Positions 31,274-40,438 of a DNA stretch of 64,000 nt are shown piece after piece. Positions within the stretch are counted from its first letter, which is position 1; each line of letters starts with the position of its first letter. The notes beneath the pieces are model-generated. The model was not told where the DNA came from. It worked only from the letters and a program-made list of their open reading frames with translations, and did no database searches. A program made the translations under genes and the position numbers. The stretch comes from Candidatus Bathyarchaeota archaeon. Lineage in GTDB: Archaea; Thermoproteota; Bathyarchaeia; Bathyarchaeales; Bathycorpusculaceae. The stretch spans positions 1-64,000 of the forward strand of contig CAVZIW010000003.1 in assembly GCA_963775465.1 (NCBI GenBank). Reading direction: 5' to 3'.

Positions 31274-31396
31274 GCCGGGGTGGCGGAGTGGTTATCGCGC
31301 CAGCCTCGAGATCTTAAAAATGGGCAGCCAGATGAAACGGCAAGATAGCTGGTGGGCTTCGTGCTCGCAGGGGTTCGAATCCCTTCCCCGGCGCCA
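31274..31396 (+). tRNA. tRNA-Ser (CGA) with 36-nt intron at 37/38 (31311-31346) and encoded CCA
   Basis: Acceptor stem GCCGGGG/CCCCGGC, discriminator G, anticodon stem CCAGC/GCTGG with CTCGAG|A loop after intron removal, long variable arm, GGTTCGAATCC. Confidence 0.88.
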
Positions 31397-31551
31397 ACAA
31401 CATACTTTTAGCAAATTTCCAGGCAACTTTTTGCAGCACAAACACCAAGAATTGCCTCTCTCCGCTTTGAAAGCTGGGAAAACAACATCAAAATTTTTCA
31501 AATGTATTGTTCTAGCAGACAGACTCTCCACCAAAGGGCTAAATGAGAGGT

Positions 31552-32544
31552 TTAATGTAAGAATGGGTTTATTGATAATCCACTCGATTTAGCTGAGAAC
31601 TCATCTGTACCTTGAATAACCTGCTGAGAAGAGGCCCAAGCATCTTCAACTAGGCGCTGGATATTCTGAAGCACCAACGCTAAAATTTTTCCTTTACAAG
31701 TTAAACGGTAAGTTCTGGGAGTTCTTCGGGCAAAAACCAATTTCTTTCCTCTCAAGCGTCTTAGGTACTTATAGATTAAACGCTTAGAGATTCTGAGTCT
31801 CTTTGAAAGCTCTCCAGCCGATATACCGTCACAGAAAACTGCAGAGTGAACCTTCCTTTCGTTAATTGTGAGGATTTCTTTATCAGGATGTCTAATTGTT
31901 TTGAAGAAAAAAACGTAATCCCTCTCTTTAGAACTTTTTATCAGACCATTTCTTCGCAAACGTTTAAGCGTCCGAGAGACCACGCTTGGTTCAATAACAC
32001 CTTCAATTTCTTCGAAGGTTTTAGGTCCCGAAATCAAGAATTGCAAAAGGGCCTCTTCATGACCCTCAGAGTGGGCAGGAAGGGTATCCACAAAATCTGG
32101 AAAACAACCGAGTCGTTCTGTTAGGCGAATCCCAAAAGAGGAGGCATAATATTCTTCTCGCACTTCAGAAACTAAGCCAACTGCCATTAAAGGACGAAGA
32201 TATTCTTCACTAATGGCAATTTTATCATGTTTATGCTTGCTTTTTCTTAATTCCCGCTGAAGCTGCTTTAGGGAAAAACGGCTGTTTTCAATTGTCTTTA
32301 AAATCTGAAGCCTCTTTTCGCTTTTAAGAGCGTTGAAAAGGTCTCGAATGTAGTGGGGATTAGCCATTGCTTGTCCTAATCCACGCAGTTCATTTTTCAA
32401 CTTGTAAACCTGACATCTGTTTATACATTGAAGAGGAGATATTGGAGAACAGTTTTTGCATTCAGCATCGAGAGAAGTAAGCACTCCAGATAGGGCGCAA
32501 TTGTTTTCTTTTTTTCGAAGCAATGTTAAGACATTACTCATCAT
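31552..32544 (-). CDS. Multi-winged-helix protein with N-terminal Cys cluster
   Basis: CKNC...QCINRC; three HTH-like segments (ALKSEKRLQIL, VSRTLKRLRRNGLI, ELSKRLRISKRLIYKYLRRL). Confidence 0.7.
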   Translation of the reverse strand: MMSNVLTLLRKKENNCALSGVLTSLDAECKNCSPISPLQCINRCQVYKLKNELRGLGQAMANPHYIRDLFNALKSEKRLQILKTIENSRFSLKQLQRELRKSKHKHDKIAISEEYLRPLMAVGLVSEVREEYYASSFGIRLTERLGCFPDFVDTLPAHSEGHEEALLQFLISGPKTFEEIEGVIEPSVVSRTLKRLRRNGLIKSSKERDYVFFFKTIRHPDKEILTINERKVHSAVFCDGISAGELSKRLRISKRLIYKYLRRLRGKKLVFARRTPRTYRLTCKGKILALVLQNIQRLVEDAWASSQQVIQGTDEFSAKSSGLSINPFLH

Positions 32545-32662
32545 TCATTCGCCTTGATTACTTGAACGCACAATGGGCAGGCTTGAGAATGCCATCTACC
32601 CATCCAGTCCGACAATTACAGAACCATATTTTTACTGTAAAAAGCGTTCTCGTAAAGAAACC

Positions 32663-32695
32663 TTGACTAACCCTTAGTCAAACTTTCTTGACTAA
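32663..32695. promoter_or_regulatory. Operator-like inverted repeat TTGACTAA-ccc-TTAGTCAA plus a third half-site
   Basis: Perfect 8-bp inverted repeat at 32663-32681 and a repeated TTGACTAA at 32688, between divergent genes. Confidence 0.5.
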
Positions 32696-32763
32696 AAAAT
32701 GAACCACCTCATAACCCACCAAAATTTTTTAGGTGCACTAGCCATTATCTTAGAAGATATTTC

Positions 32764-33348
32764 ATGAAGAAGATACGTGTTTATCTTGCAGGCCCTGAAG
32801 TTTTTCTAAAAAACGCAAAAGAAATTGGTCAAGCCAAAAAAGAACTCTGCAAACAATACGGATTTGAGGGTATTTACCCGTTGGATAATGAGATAGAGAC
32901 TACGGGTAAAATCCCAATGCAGATAGGTTTTTGCATCAACACAGCGAATGAAGAGTTGATTAAAACCTGCGATATAATTGTTGCAAATATTACGCCCTTC
33001 CGTGGGCCAAGTGCCGATGTAGGAACTGCCTATGAAATGGGGTTTGCACATGGACTTGGCAAAAAAGTATTTGCTTACACTAACACTACTGAACTTTTTA
33101 CGGAACGGACAATAAGAACACTCAACTGCAAAGTTGACAGAGACAAGGACGGGAAACTAAGAGATTCGTACGGTATGTTAGTTGAAGAAATGGAGTTAAC
33201 GGATAATTTAATGCTTGACGGTTGTGTGCATGCAAGCAGCGATTGCTTAGTGGTTGAGCAGTCACCTGCAACTCAATTGTTCACTTTCCTTGGAGGATTT
33301 GAAAAATGTCTTAAAACCGCCCAAAAATTGTGCAAGTCAAAGGATTAG
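32764..33348 (+). CDS. Nucleoside 2-deoxyribosyltransferase family protein
   Basis: VYLAGP, PFRGPSADVGTAYEMGFA, NLML. Confidence 0.9.
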   Translation: MKKIRVYLAGPEVFLKNAKEIGQAKKELCKQYGFEGIYPLDNEIETTGKIPMQIGFCINTANEELIKTCDIIVANITPFRGPSADVGTAYEMGFAHGLGKKVFAYTNTTELFTERTIRTLNCKVDRDKDGKLRDSYGMLVEEMELTDNLMLDGCVHASSDCLVVEQSPATQLFTFLGGFEKCLKTAQKLCKSKD

Positions 33349-33404
33349 CAAAATGATAATTTTTGATTACTTTGCGAGTTAGGAAAAATCGATAGAAAAA
33401 ACCG

Positions 33405-34154
33405 CTACGGATTAAATTTGTAAGTAGTCTCCGTTATGATAGCGTTTTGCATTTTACCCTGCCAAGATATCAGGACATCTCCAGTGTTCCAGTATTGCAT
33501 TGGCTTGTACTGTGCCTCTATTGTATAGATTGGATTTGGCGTCACAGGATATTGCATAGTGACGTTCCAGCCTGAACTTTGATAAGAGTAAAATTCAGAA
33601 CCCATCATACCCATCGGAGTCATTCTGCCGCCGATCCAAGTTAACGATTGCATGTACGGGTCGGTCTGATTGTGGTAAGCCTGTATATACAGCATAATTA
33701 AATCTCTAATTTGTTCCTGATCTAAACCTAATTGAGGGACATTATTGATAGTGTTGCTGGTTTCGGATATCAAGCCATCTTTGTAGGTTCCAACCCAATC
33801 GAAGACGCATCCATCTGATGAGTAATTGACAGATATTTTGTAAATTGATTTTGCAACCACAGGATTCTGTAACGAAATATCCCAGTTCCCGCTATGATAC
33901 ATATATGTCTTTGAACCAAGCAATCCAGAAGCTTCTCTGCCTTCGCTCCAAGAAAGGCTTTGCATTAGAGGAAAAGTCACCGTGTGATTAGCCGCAATGT
34001 ATACCATTACTTGGTCACGAATCTGTTCCATGAAAAAAACCGTGTTGCTTGAGTTATCATGGTTTTGAGCCAAAAAATATGTCAAACCCAAATATCCGCC
34101 TAAGACAACAAGAAACAAGGTTATTGCGAAAGCGGCGATTATCGTTTTTCGCAA
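33405..34154 (-). CDS. Membrane-anchored exported protein with two tandem ~95-aa repeats
   Basis: N-terminal TM; EQIRD...MQSLxW...G.S..Y...W....PV....Y occurs twice. Confidence 0.7.
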   Translation of the reverse strand: MRKTIIAAFAITLFLVVLGGYLGLTYFLAQNHDNSSNTVFFMEQIRDQVMVYIAANHTVTFPLMQSLSWSEGREASGLLGSKTYMYHSGNWDISLQNPVVAKSIYKISVNYSSDGCVFDWVGTYKDGLISETSNTINNVPQLGLDQEQIRDLIMLYIQAYHNQTDPYMQSLTWIGGRMTPMGMMGSEFYSYQSSGWNVTMQYPVTPNPIYTIEAQYKPMQYWNTGDVLISWQGKMQNAIITETTYKFNP

Positions 34155-34232
34155 ATATTTTCACCTATTTGGTTTAGCACAGAATAACTATATAGAGCCT
34201 TTGGCTGAAAAAGCAGCCAAACAAAAAACTTG

Positions 34233-34529
34233 TTAGCCCATTAACGTCGGATGGGCATCTTCTTCATTGATGTGGTGCATCACGTGGATAGCTAAACCGG
34301 TAGCTGCACCCGCCGAAAGCCCGACAAGCAAATAGGTCAACCATGAATAGCCCCCAACTAACCCTACAACAGCTAACGCATCAAAACCCAATGCAACAGC
34401 AAGATAACCAACACACCACATTTTAACACTCATCCCGCGAGGCTTATTTATACCGATACCGCCGAGCATACCCAACATTATTAGAAAGCCAACTAACGCG
34501 TAAACCAAATCGTAACTCAATCTCATCAC
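34233..34529 (-). CDS. Small 3-TM membrane protein
   Basis: Hydrophobic 98 aa with His-rich tail; AGGTGA at the start. Confidence 0.65.
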   Translation of the reverse strand: MMRLSYDLVYALVGFLIMLGMLGGIGINKPRGMSVKMWCVGYLAVALGFDALAVVGLVGGYSWLTYLLVGLSAGAATGLAIHVMHHINEEDAHPTLMG

Positions 34530-34671
34530 CTAGTCTACAGGGGGCATTGTTCCCGTTGGACTTAATTAGTCTATCGAAATCCAATTAACCTTCAAAGTTA
34601 ATTGATCCTTTCCAACTACCTCACCGTTAACCTTTTTTACTTACAAAAAAGAATCTAAAGCCAAAAAGGGT

Positions 34672-36789
34672 GTGGATTCATTAACCAACTTTGACGTTAG
34701 ACAATGCCATAAATGGGCTCAACTTCTTATAGAGCGCAAACAAAAACTCGACCAAGCTTACGCAGACATTGACCGCCAAGATTTTGAAGCTGCGAAGCAA
34801 GCGTCCAATCAAATTTTCAATGGATCTCTTGGCGGAAAGCAGACAGACCCAGGAATGTCAGGTTCGCTCCTCTATCACATGGCTATGGTTACAAAAATGG
34901 AATCCGAAAGCAAAGTACTTCTCGAAGAGCTAAAGGTCAGCTTACCAAATATAGAACCAGATTTAAACAGGATCTACAGCGATTTCGAATCTGACGCCAA
35001 ACAACTAACAAAACCGTTAGGTTCAATTCCAAGGGCATTTCAAACAATCCAAACTAAACGATTAGCAACGGAGGAAAAAATATCACTCTTCACTAAGCTC
35101 AAACAGGAAACCAAAATCGCAGAAGATCTACTAAGAAAGAAAGACCCCAAAGCAAAAGCAGCACTTGAAAAAGCCTTCCTCGACTGGACCCAACACGTTG
35201 TACAGATGCGACTCATACAAGAATATGAAACAATTAAGGGACTACTCGTAACCACCGAACTTGCAAAAAAAATTGGTTTGCCCACGCTTGAAGCAGCCAT
35301 GAGTCGGGTTAAAGAAAAGTTCGGTCAAGAAACCGTCAAAATCGCTCTTGACGTGACGCTGAAAGTTGGCATGCGCCGCGAAAAACTACAATCAGTCATG
35401 TTAAGCGACCACTTCATCAACTACACAATGAGCACCCAAACCTTAGACGGGCACATGGAGTTTTTGAACTGCCCCATATACGGCAGCCATAAGTACGCTC
35501 AAGAAAAATATGGCACCCCCAAGGAAGTATCAGAACTATTTTGCCGCCAATTCTGCTTTGCCCACGCCAAAGCCATGCTTGACACAGTTTTACCATTCCC
35601 ATTCACTCTTTGGCAACCAAAACTAATCGCAAATGATAGCAAGTGCGAATTCTACCTAAAACTAGCATACTCGCCCATCGCAGACTTAACTCAACAGTTT
35701 GTGCCCCTTGTGATGTCTTGGAACGTAACGCGTGAATGCAACATGAAATGCAGCCACTGCTACATTAATGCCACAGATAAAAAGCTTGAAAATGAATTAA
35801 CCACCGAAGAAGCAAAAGCATTCATGGACCAAATCTGTCAAGTCAGTAAACCCTTACTTATTCTCAGCGGTGGCGAACCACTCCTGCGTAAAGACATCTT
35901 TGAACTCATAGAATATGGTGCAAGCAAAGGTTTGAAAATGGGCTTGGGAAGCAACGGCTACCTAATCGACGATTCTATCGCGAAGAAACTCAAAGATGCC
36001 GGAATCGCAACCGTTTCAATCAGCCTTGACTCAAACGTTCCAGCCCAACATGATGAATTCAGAGGTGTAAAGGGAGCATTTGAAAAAGCCGTCAACGCAT
36101 GCAAAGCTCTACGAAAAAACGATGTACTCGTACAAGTTAACGCCACATTAACACACCACAACTACGATCAAATCGACGACATCATGTCACTAGCCGAAGA
36201 TATCGGAGTCGAAAATTTCCATTTATTTTTCCTTGTCCCTACAGGACGAGGCGTAAAATTAACCGATATTTCACCTCAAAAATACGAGGACATGATAACA
36301 AAGACCTTTGCAAAGGTTAACAAGCACAGATTAAATGTAAGACCCTCATGCGCCCCGCAATTCATGCGAATTGCTAAAGGTATGGGTTTAGACATGCGAC
36401 AATGGATACGTGGATGCATTGCTGGATTGTACTATTGCCGTATTTACCCAAACGGAGATGTAACACCATGCCCCTACTTGCCAATAAAACTCGGCAACGT
36501 TCGAGAAAACACCTTCAAAGACATCTGGTTCAACTCAAAAGTCTTCAAACAACTGCGTGATTCAAATACATTAAAAGGCAAATGCGGCGCTTGTGAATAC
36601 AGAATTATCTGCGGGGGATGCAGAGCCCGGGCCTACGGATTGTCAAGCGACTTCATAGACTACTGTGGCGATTTGCATGTTCCATCGGAAATAAAAGGAG
36701 ATTACTTAGCTGAAGATCCGTGGTGTGTCTATGAACCAAAAAACTATTTAAGCAAAAGACGACTCTCAAAAACTTCAACAGGCAGTTAA
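34672..36789 (+). CDS. Radical SAM/SPASM protein (NirJ/AhbD-like) with ~340-aa N-terminal extension
   Basis: WNVTRECNMKCSHCY, SGGEPL, GCIAG...PCPYLP, CGACEY..ICGGCRARAY, EDPWC. Confidence 0.85.
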   Translation: MDSLTNFDVRQCHKWAQLLIERKQKLDQAYADIDRQDFEAAKQASNQIFNGSLGGKQTDPGMSGSLLYHMAMVTKMESESKVLLEELKVSLPNIEPDLNRIYSDFESDAKQLTKPLGSIPRAFQTIQTKRLATEEKISLFTKLKQETKIAEDLLRKKDPKAKAALEKAFLDWTQHVVQMRLIQEYETIKGLLVTTELAKKIGLPTLEAAMSRVKEKFGQETVKIALDVTLKVGMRREKLQSVMLSDHFINYTMSTQTLDGHMEFLNCPIYGSHKYAQEKYGTPKEVSELFCRQFCFAHAKAMLDTVLPFPFTLWQPKLIANDSKCEFYLKLAYSPIADLTQQFVPLVMSWNVTRECNMKCSHCYINATDKKLENELTTEEAKAFMDQICQVSKPLLILSGGEPLLRKDIFELIEYGASKGLKMGLGSNGYLIDDSIAKKLKDAGIATVSISLDSNVPAQHDEFRGVKGAFEKAVNACKALRKNDVLVQVNATLTHHNYDQIDDIMSLAEDIGVENFHLFFLVPTGRGVKLTDISPQKYEDMITKTFAKVNKHRLNVRPSCAPQFMRIAKGMGLDMRQWIRGCIAGLYYCRIYPNGDVTPCPYLPIKLGNVRENTFKDIWFNSKVFKQLRDSNTLKGKCGACEYRIICGGCRARAYGLSSDFIDYCGDLHVPSEIKGDYLAEDPWCVYEPKNYLSKRRLSKTSTGS

Positions 36790-37048
36790 ATAGGCTTTGG
36801 CAGCCCGCAAACACAGCGTTTCAGTGCCTGTGGACCGCCAAAACAAAAAAGAAGGCGAAAAAATGAACGGAGTCCACACCACAATAAATTTAGCCAAGGC
36901 AGAAATAGAAAAAGCTCTACTCAATAAAACTAATACTTCGACAATCAAAAAGACAAATACTGTTTTTAAGTTGCACCACCTAAAAACAAGCAGACATTAG
37001 GAGGCACCCAGCATTTCACATGCCGGTCTCTCTAAGAATTTCTTCGGA

Positions 37049-38215
37049 ATGTTTAAAGAGGCCACCCTGTCTTGCGTGTTTGACATAGGCGGCTTAATCG
37101 CCGGTTTTGCAATAGCTCTCCAGCTCGGGATATTTCAACTCTCACCTTGGGCCATTGCACTTTATCCTGCAGTAGTTAGCGTCAAAGGAGTCACTACAGG
37201 TTTACTAACAGGGCGTCTAAGCACAGCATTACACCTCGGGACAGTTTACCCCAAGTTTTTTGGGAACACTCAAAGCTTCTATAAACTCATCGGAGCAATA
37301 GTGGTTCTAACTCTTACTACAAGCGCAACCATCAGCGTTATAGCCATACTCTTTGGAACACTATTTTGGGGAATAACATTAGCTGATTTTTCTGCTATCC
37401 TAACAGTTATGGTCGCCACCATGTCTTTGGGTTTACTCACAACCCTAATTACAACAAAAGTCATGTTCATTTCTTTTAGGAGAAGCCTTGATCCAGAGGT
37501 AATCGTTTTCCCAGCAATCTCTACGATGGCAGATATTGTAATAACTTTCATGTACATAGGGGTTCTAAACTTATACTTTTCAAGCGACCTCGGTCAGTGG
37601 ACTATCATCTTATTCGGAATCTTCAATGTCGGACTGGTATTAATTACACTATATAGGTTCATTCGAAAAGCAGATTTTCTGAGAATAATTAAGGAATCAT
37701 TGGCAACACTGCTTCTAATCGCTTTTGTCGTAAATATAACTGGCACGGCTCTGAGAGGCGTTAATGCTTTAGCAGGCATTCGAAGAGAAATCTTCATAGT
37801 TTATCCAGCAATTATTGACTTGATCGGAGACGTGGGTCTTATTGTTGGATCAGCCGCCACGACAAAACTTGCATTGGGGGCACTTGCTCCTTCTTTTTCA
37901 TCAATAAAAAGCCATGCCAAAAACATATTTAGCACATGGCTCTCATCAATTCTACTATTTGGAGTCCTCAGTGTTCTTGCATTAGCCATAAACAACAAGT
38001 TGTCTCTTCCAGGAATTTCGAGCCTTCTACCTACTCTTTTCTTAACTAACATAATTGCTTTCATTGGAATTGTTGTTATATCCTATGCAATTTCCATTGT
38101 TACTTTCAAAAGAGGCTTAGACCCTGACAACTTTGTCATCCCCGTCATAAGCACTTTAGCAGACAGCATAACAACCATAGCTCTATTTGCCGTCCTAAAT
38201 ATCGTGATTCTTTAA
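37049..38215 (+). CDS. MgtE-family integral membrane divalent cation transporter (duplicated domain)
   Basis: GRLSTALHLG, LDPEVIVFP..STMAD, GLDPDNFVIPVISTLAD. Confidence 0.85.
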   Translation: MFKEATLSCVFDIGGLIAGFAIALQLGIFQLSPWAIALYPAVVSVKGVTTGLLTGRLSTALHLGTVYPKFFGNTQSFYKLIGAIVVLTLTTSATISVIAILFGTLFWGITLADFSAILTVMVATMSLGLLTTLITTKVMFISFRRSLDPEVIVFPAISTMADIVITFMYIGVLNLYFSSDLGQWTIILFGIFNVGLVLITLYRFIRKADFLRIIKESLATLLLIAFVVNITGTALRGVNALAGIRREIFIVYPAIIDLIGDVGLIVGSAATTKLALGALAPSFSSIKSHAKNIFSTWLSSILLFGVLSVLALAINNKLSLPGISSLLPTLFLTNIIAFIGIVVISYAISIVTFKRGLDPDNFVIPVISTLADSITTIALFAVLNIVIL

Positions 38216-38279
38216 CGCCTCTTCGCCATAATTAAAATATAAGGAAAAGGTATCCTTTAGCTGGAGCGCTCATTTAACA

Positions 38280-39476
38280 TTGCCCCAATTTGAAAAAATA
38301 GAATATAAACCAGTCCCAGTTAGAGAAATTCTTCTTGAAATGAAAAATCTTTCTGAGTTAATGATTGACCTAGCATATTCGTCAGCATTATACAATGATA
38401 AAGATCTAGCGGAAGACGTGCTTGCACTAGAATCAAGAGTTGATAATTTATCTTACCTTCTAGAAATGGAAATAATGATTGCTGCCAGAGACGCAAAAGA
38501 TGCAGAGGCATTAATTGGTGTTTCAATTGTTGCAGCCTCAACCGATAAAATATCTGACGCCGCAGCCGATATAGCTGCGATAGTAACCCGAAACATAGGA
38601 GTTCATCCTATCGTGGGTGAAATCTTTGAAAAAGTACAAGAACGCTTAATGAAAGTCACAGTCAAACCCAATTCTTCAATCATAAACAAAAGAATTGATG
38701 ATTTGGATTTGGAAGTAAAGATGGGGGTAGACATCATTGCTATTCGTAGAAACAGCGACTGGTTACTAAACCCAACTAGCGAAGAAAAAGTTTTCCAGGG
38801 AGACATTCTAATAACTCGTGGAGCACCCTCGGGAGTTGAAGAGTTTAAAGATTTAGCAGAAGGAAAACTTGCAACATTAGACGTAGATAAACGAGCAAAG
38901 TTTGAAGAAATAGTTACAAAGTTCGTGGAGCTAAAAGACACCTCGGAGTTAATGCTGGATTTAGCTTACTCAGCGTTAATGCTAAACAGCAAAGAGCTCG
39001 CCGAAGAAGTAGAAGGACTAGAGGAACACATGGACCAGCTGCACACAAACGTTGAGTTACTTGCCTTAAACAGTGATTTCAAGAAGGAAGAAGCATCAGG
39101 CTTTCTCGGCTTAATTAGACTTGGCATTGCAACCGAGAAAATAGCTGACGCAGCAGCTGACATGGCAGAGGTTGTATTAAGAGGCATAGAACCACATCCA
39201 ATCTTAGAATTAGCAATAAGAGAAGCTGAAGATACTGTTGCTCAAGCCTGTGTTACTGCCGATTCGCTGCTTATAGGCAAAACATTGAAAGAAACGCAGG
39301 TGCATGAGGAAACCGGCATGTGGATTTTAGTCATAAAAAGAGATAATAAATGTGTTCGACCGAGGGCAGACACAGTAATTAAAACAGATGACATTTTAGT
39401 TGCTTCAGGATACGCTGAAGGAGCTGACGCTTTAAGAAAAATGGCTTCTCCTGCTCAAACCTGCGAAGATGAATAA
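38280..39476 (+). CDS. Tandem (PhoU-like + TrkA-C/RCK) x2 protein
   Basis: MKNLSELMIDLAYSS and LKDTSELMLDLAYSA halves, each followed by an RCK-C domain (IIAIRR, ILVIKR). Confidence 0.85.
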   Translation: MPQFEKIEYKPVPVREILLEMKNLSELMIDLAYSSALYNDKDLAEDVLALESRVDNLSYLLEMEIMIAARDAKDAEALIGVSIVAASTDKISDAAADIAAIVTRNIGVHPIVGEIFEKVQERLMKVTVKPNSSIINKRIDDLDLEVKMGVDIIAIRRNSDWLLNPTSEEKVFQGDILITRGAPSGVEEFKDLAEGKLATLDVDKRAKFEEIVTKFVELKDTSELMLDLAYSALMLNSKELAEEVEGLEEHMDQLHTNVELLALNSDFKKEEASGFLGLIRLGIATEKIADAAADMAEVVLRGIEPHPILELAIREAEDTVAQACVTADSLLIGKTLKETQVHEETGMWILVIKRDNKCVRPRADTVIKTDDILVASGYAEGADALRKMASPAQTCEDE

Positions 39477-39570
39477 ACCAAGAATTTTTCTTTTCGCCCC
39501 CATCAAAACTATAAGCTAGTTAAATGTAACCAATCAAAAGAAAGCTACTTTAATTTGAAGAGGGGTTGAG

Positions 39571-39906
39571 ATAACGTTAACGTGCCAAAATCCTATTTGT
39601 AGAAGAACCTTTGCAACACCCCTAAAAACCGTTAATTTACGGGATATCTTTCCTGAACCGTACCTAGCCTGCCCTTACTGCTTAACCAAAATAGAAGACC
39701 CCGATACTAAAACTCGAATAGAAAAGAGGGCACCTGAAAAAACTGAATACAAAAACAAACAGCAAACAAAAGAGATATTGGAAAAGTCGCAAACATGTCA
39801 ACATCACCTTGGATACCTTAGTGAACGCACACAAAGTGATGAAATTCCTGAACCTTGTCTTGTTTGCAAAAATGTCATTGACTGCATGAAAAGAAAAAGC
39901 AGGTAA
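39571..39906 (+). CDS. Cys-rich zinc-finger protein (not in ORF track; probable ATA start)
   Basis: Open frame ITLTCQNPICRRTF...ACPYCLT...CQHHLGYLSER...IPEPCLVCKNVIDCM...*; GAGGGG upstream; in-frame TGA at 39556. Confidence 0.75.
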   Translation: MTLTCQNPICRRTFATPLKTVNLRDIFPEPYLACPYCLTKIEDPDTKTRIEKRAPEKTEYKNKQQTKEILEKSQTCQHHLGYLSERTQSDEIPEPCLVCKNVIDCMKRKSR

Positions 39907-39988
39907 TATTTACAATTCTTCCTATAATAGCGGGTTAAAAATAAATCAAAAAAACTGAAAGGAAAATAAGAAAAAACTCAAGATACTA

Positions 39989-40360
39989 TTACTTTTTCTT
40001 TTCTACAGGTTTTTCTTCGGCTGCAGGAGCTTCTGACATGTTTTCTGGTTCAGTTTCTGCTTTGGGCTCTTCCTTCTTATCTTCAATTTCGGTTGTGATT
40101 TCTTCGATTGGTTTTGGAGGCGGGGTTGTTGCCATTGTCCAACCGATCCAGGCGCCAATGAAAAGAATAGCCACGAATGCAATGAAGACGGGTATTGCGA
40201 TAGTCCAGAATTGGGCGTTTTGCTTTGCAGCAGCCGTATTTGCGATTAAACCGATAGTGCTAAGCCAAGTCGGATAGAATAATGTAACCAGATAACCAAC
40301 AGCTACGACAACACAAACGACTAGTATTGCTCCACCTATACCTTGATCTTTGCTAACCAT
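39989..40360 (-). CDS. Conserved archaeal 2-TM protein with acidic tail
   Basis: SKDQGIG...WIGWTMATTPPPKPIEE. Confidence 0.75.
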   Translation of the reverse strand: MVSKDQGIGGAILVVCVVVAVGYLVTLFYPTWLSTIGLIANTAAAKQNAQFWTIAIPVFIAFVAILFIGAWIGWTMATTPPPKPIEEITTEIEDKKEEPKAETEPENMSEAPAAEEKPVEKKK

Positions 40361-40438
40361 TTAGTGATTCACCACTTTATAGCCATGTATCTTCTTAGAC
40401 AATTTAAAGTTTGTCATAATTTTCAATTGAGCCGTTGA

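Noticed and set aside
31292-31592. ORFs of 80 and 90 aa on both strands
   Set aside because: They overlap tRNA-Ser and have no protein motifs.
32570-32610. Fluoride riboswitch upstream of the wHTH gene
   Set aside because: Only a GATGG-containing hairpin; the downstream pseudoknot consensus is missing.
31397-34600. Integrated mobile element at tRNA-Ser
   Set aside because: No integrase, and no duplicated tRNA 3' end seen downstream.
36797-37000. 67-aa ORF after the radical SAM gene as a RiPP precursor
   Set aside because: No Cys or core-like motif; the enzyme looks AhbD/NirJ-like; no transporter or peptidase for a peptide product is adjacent.
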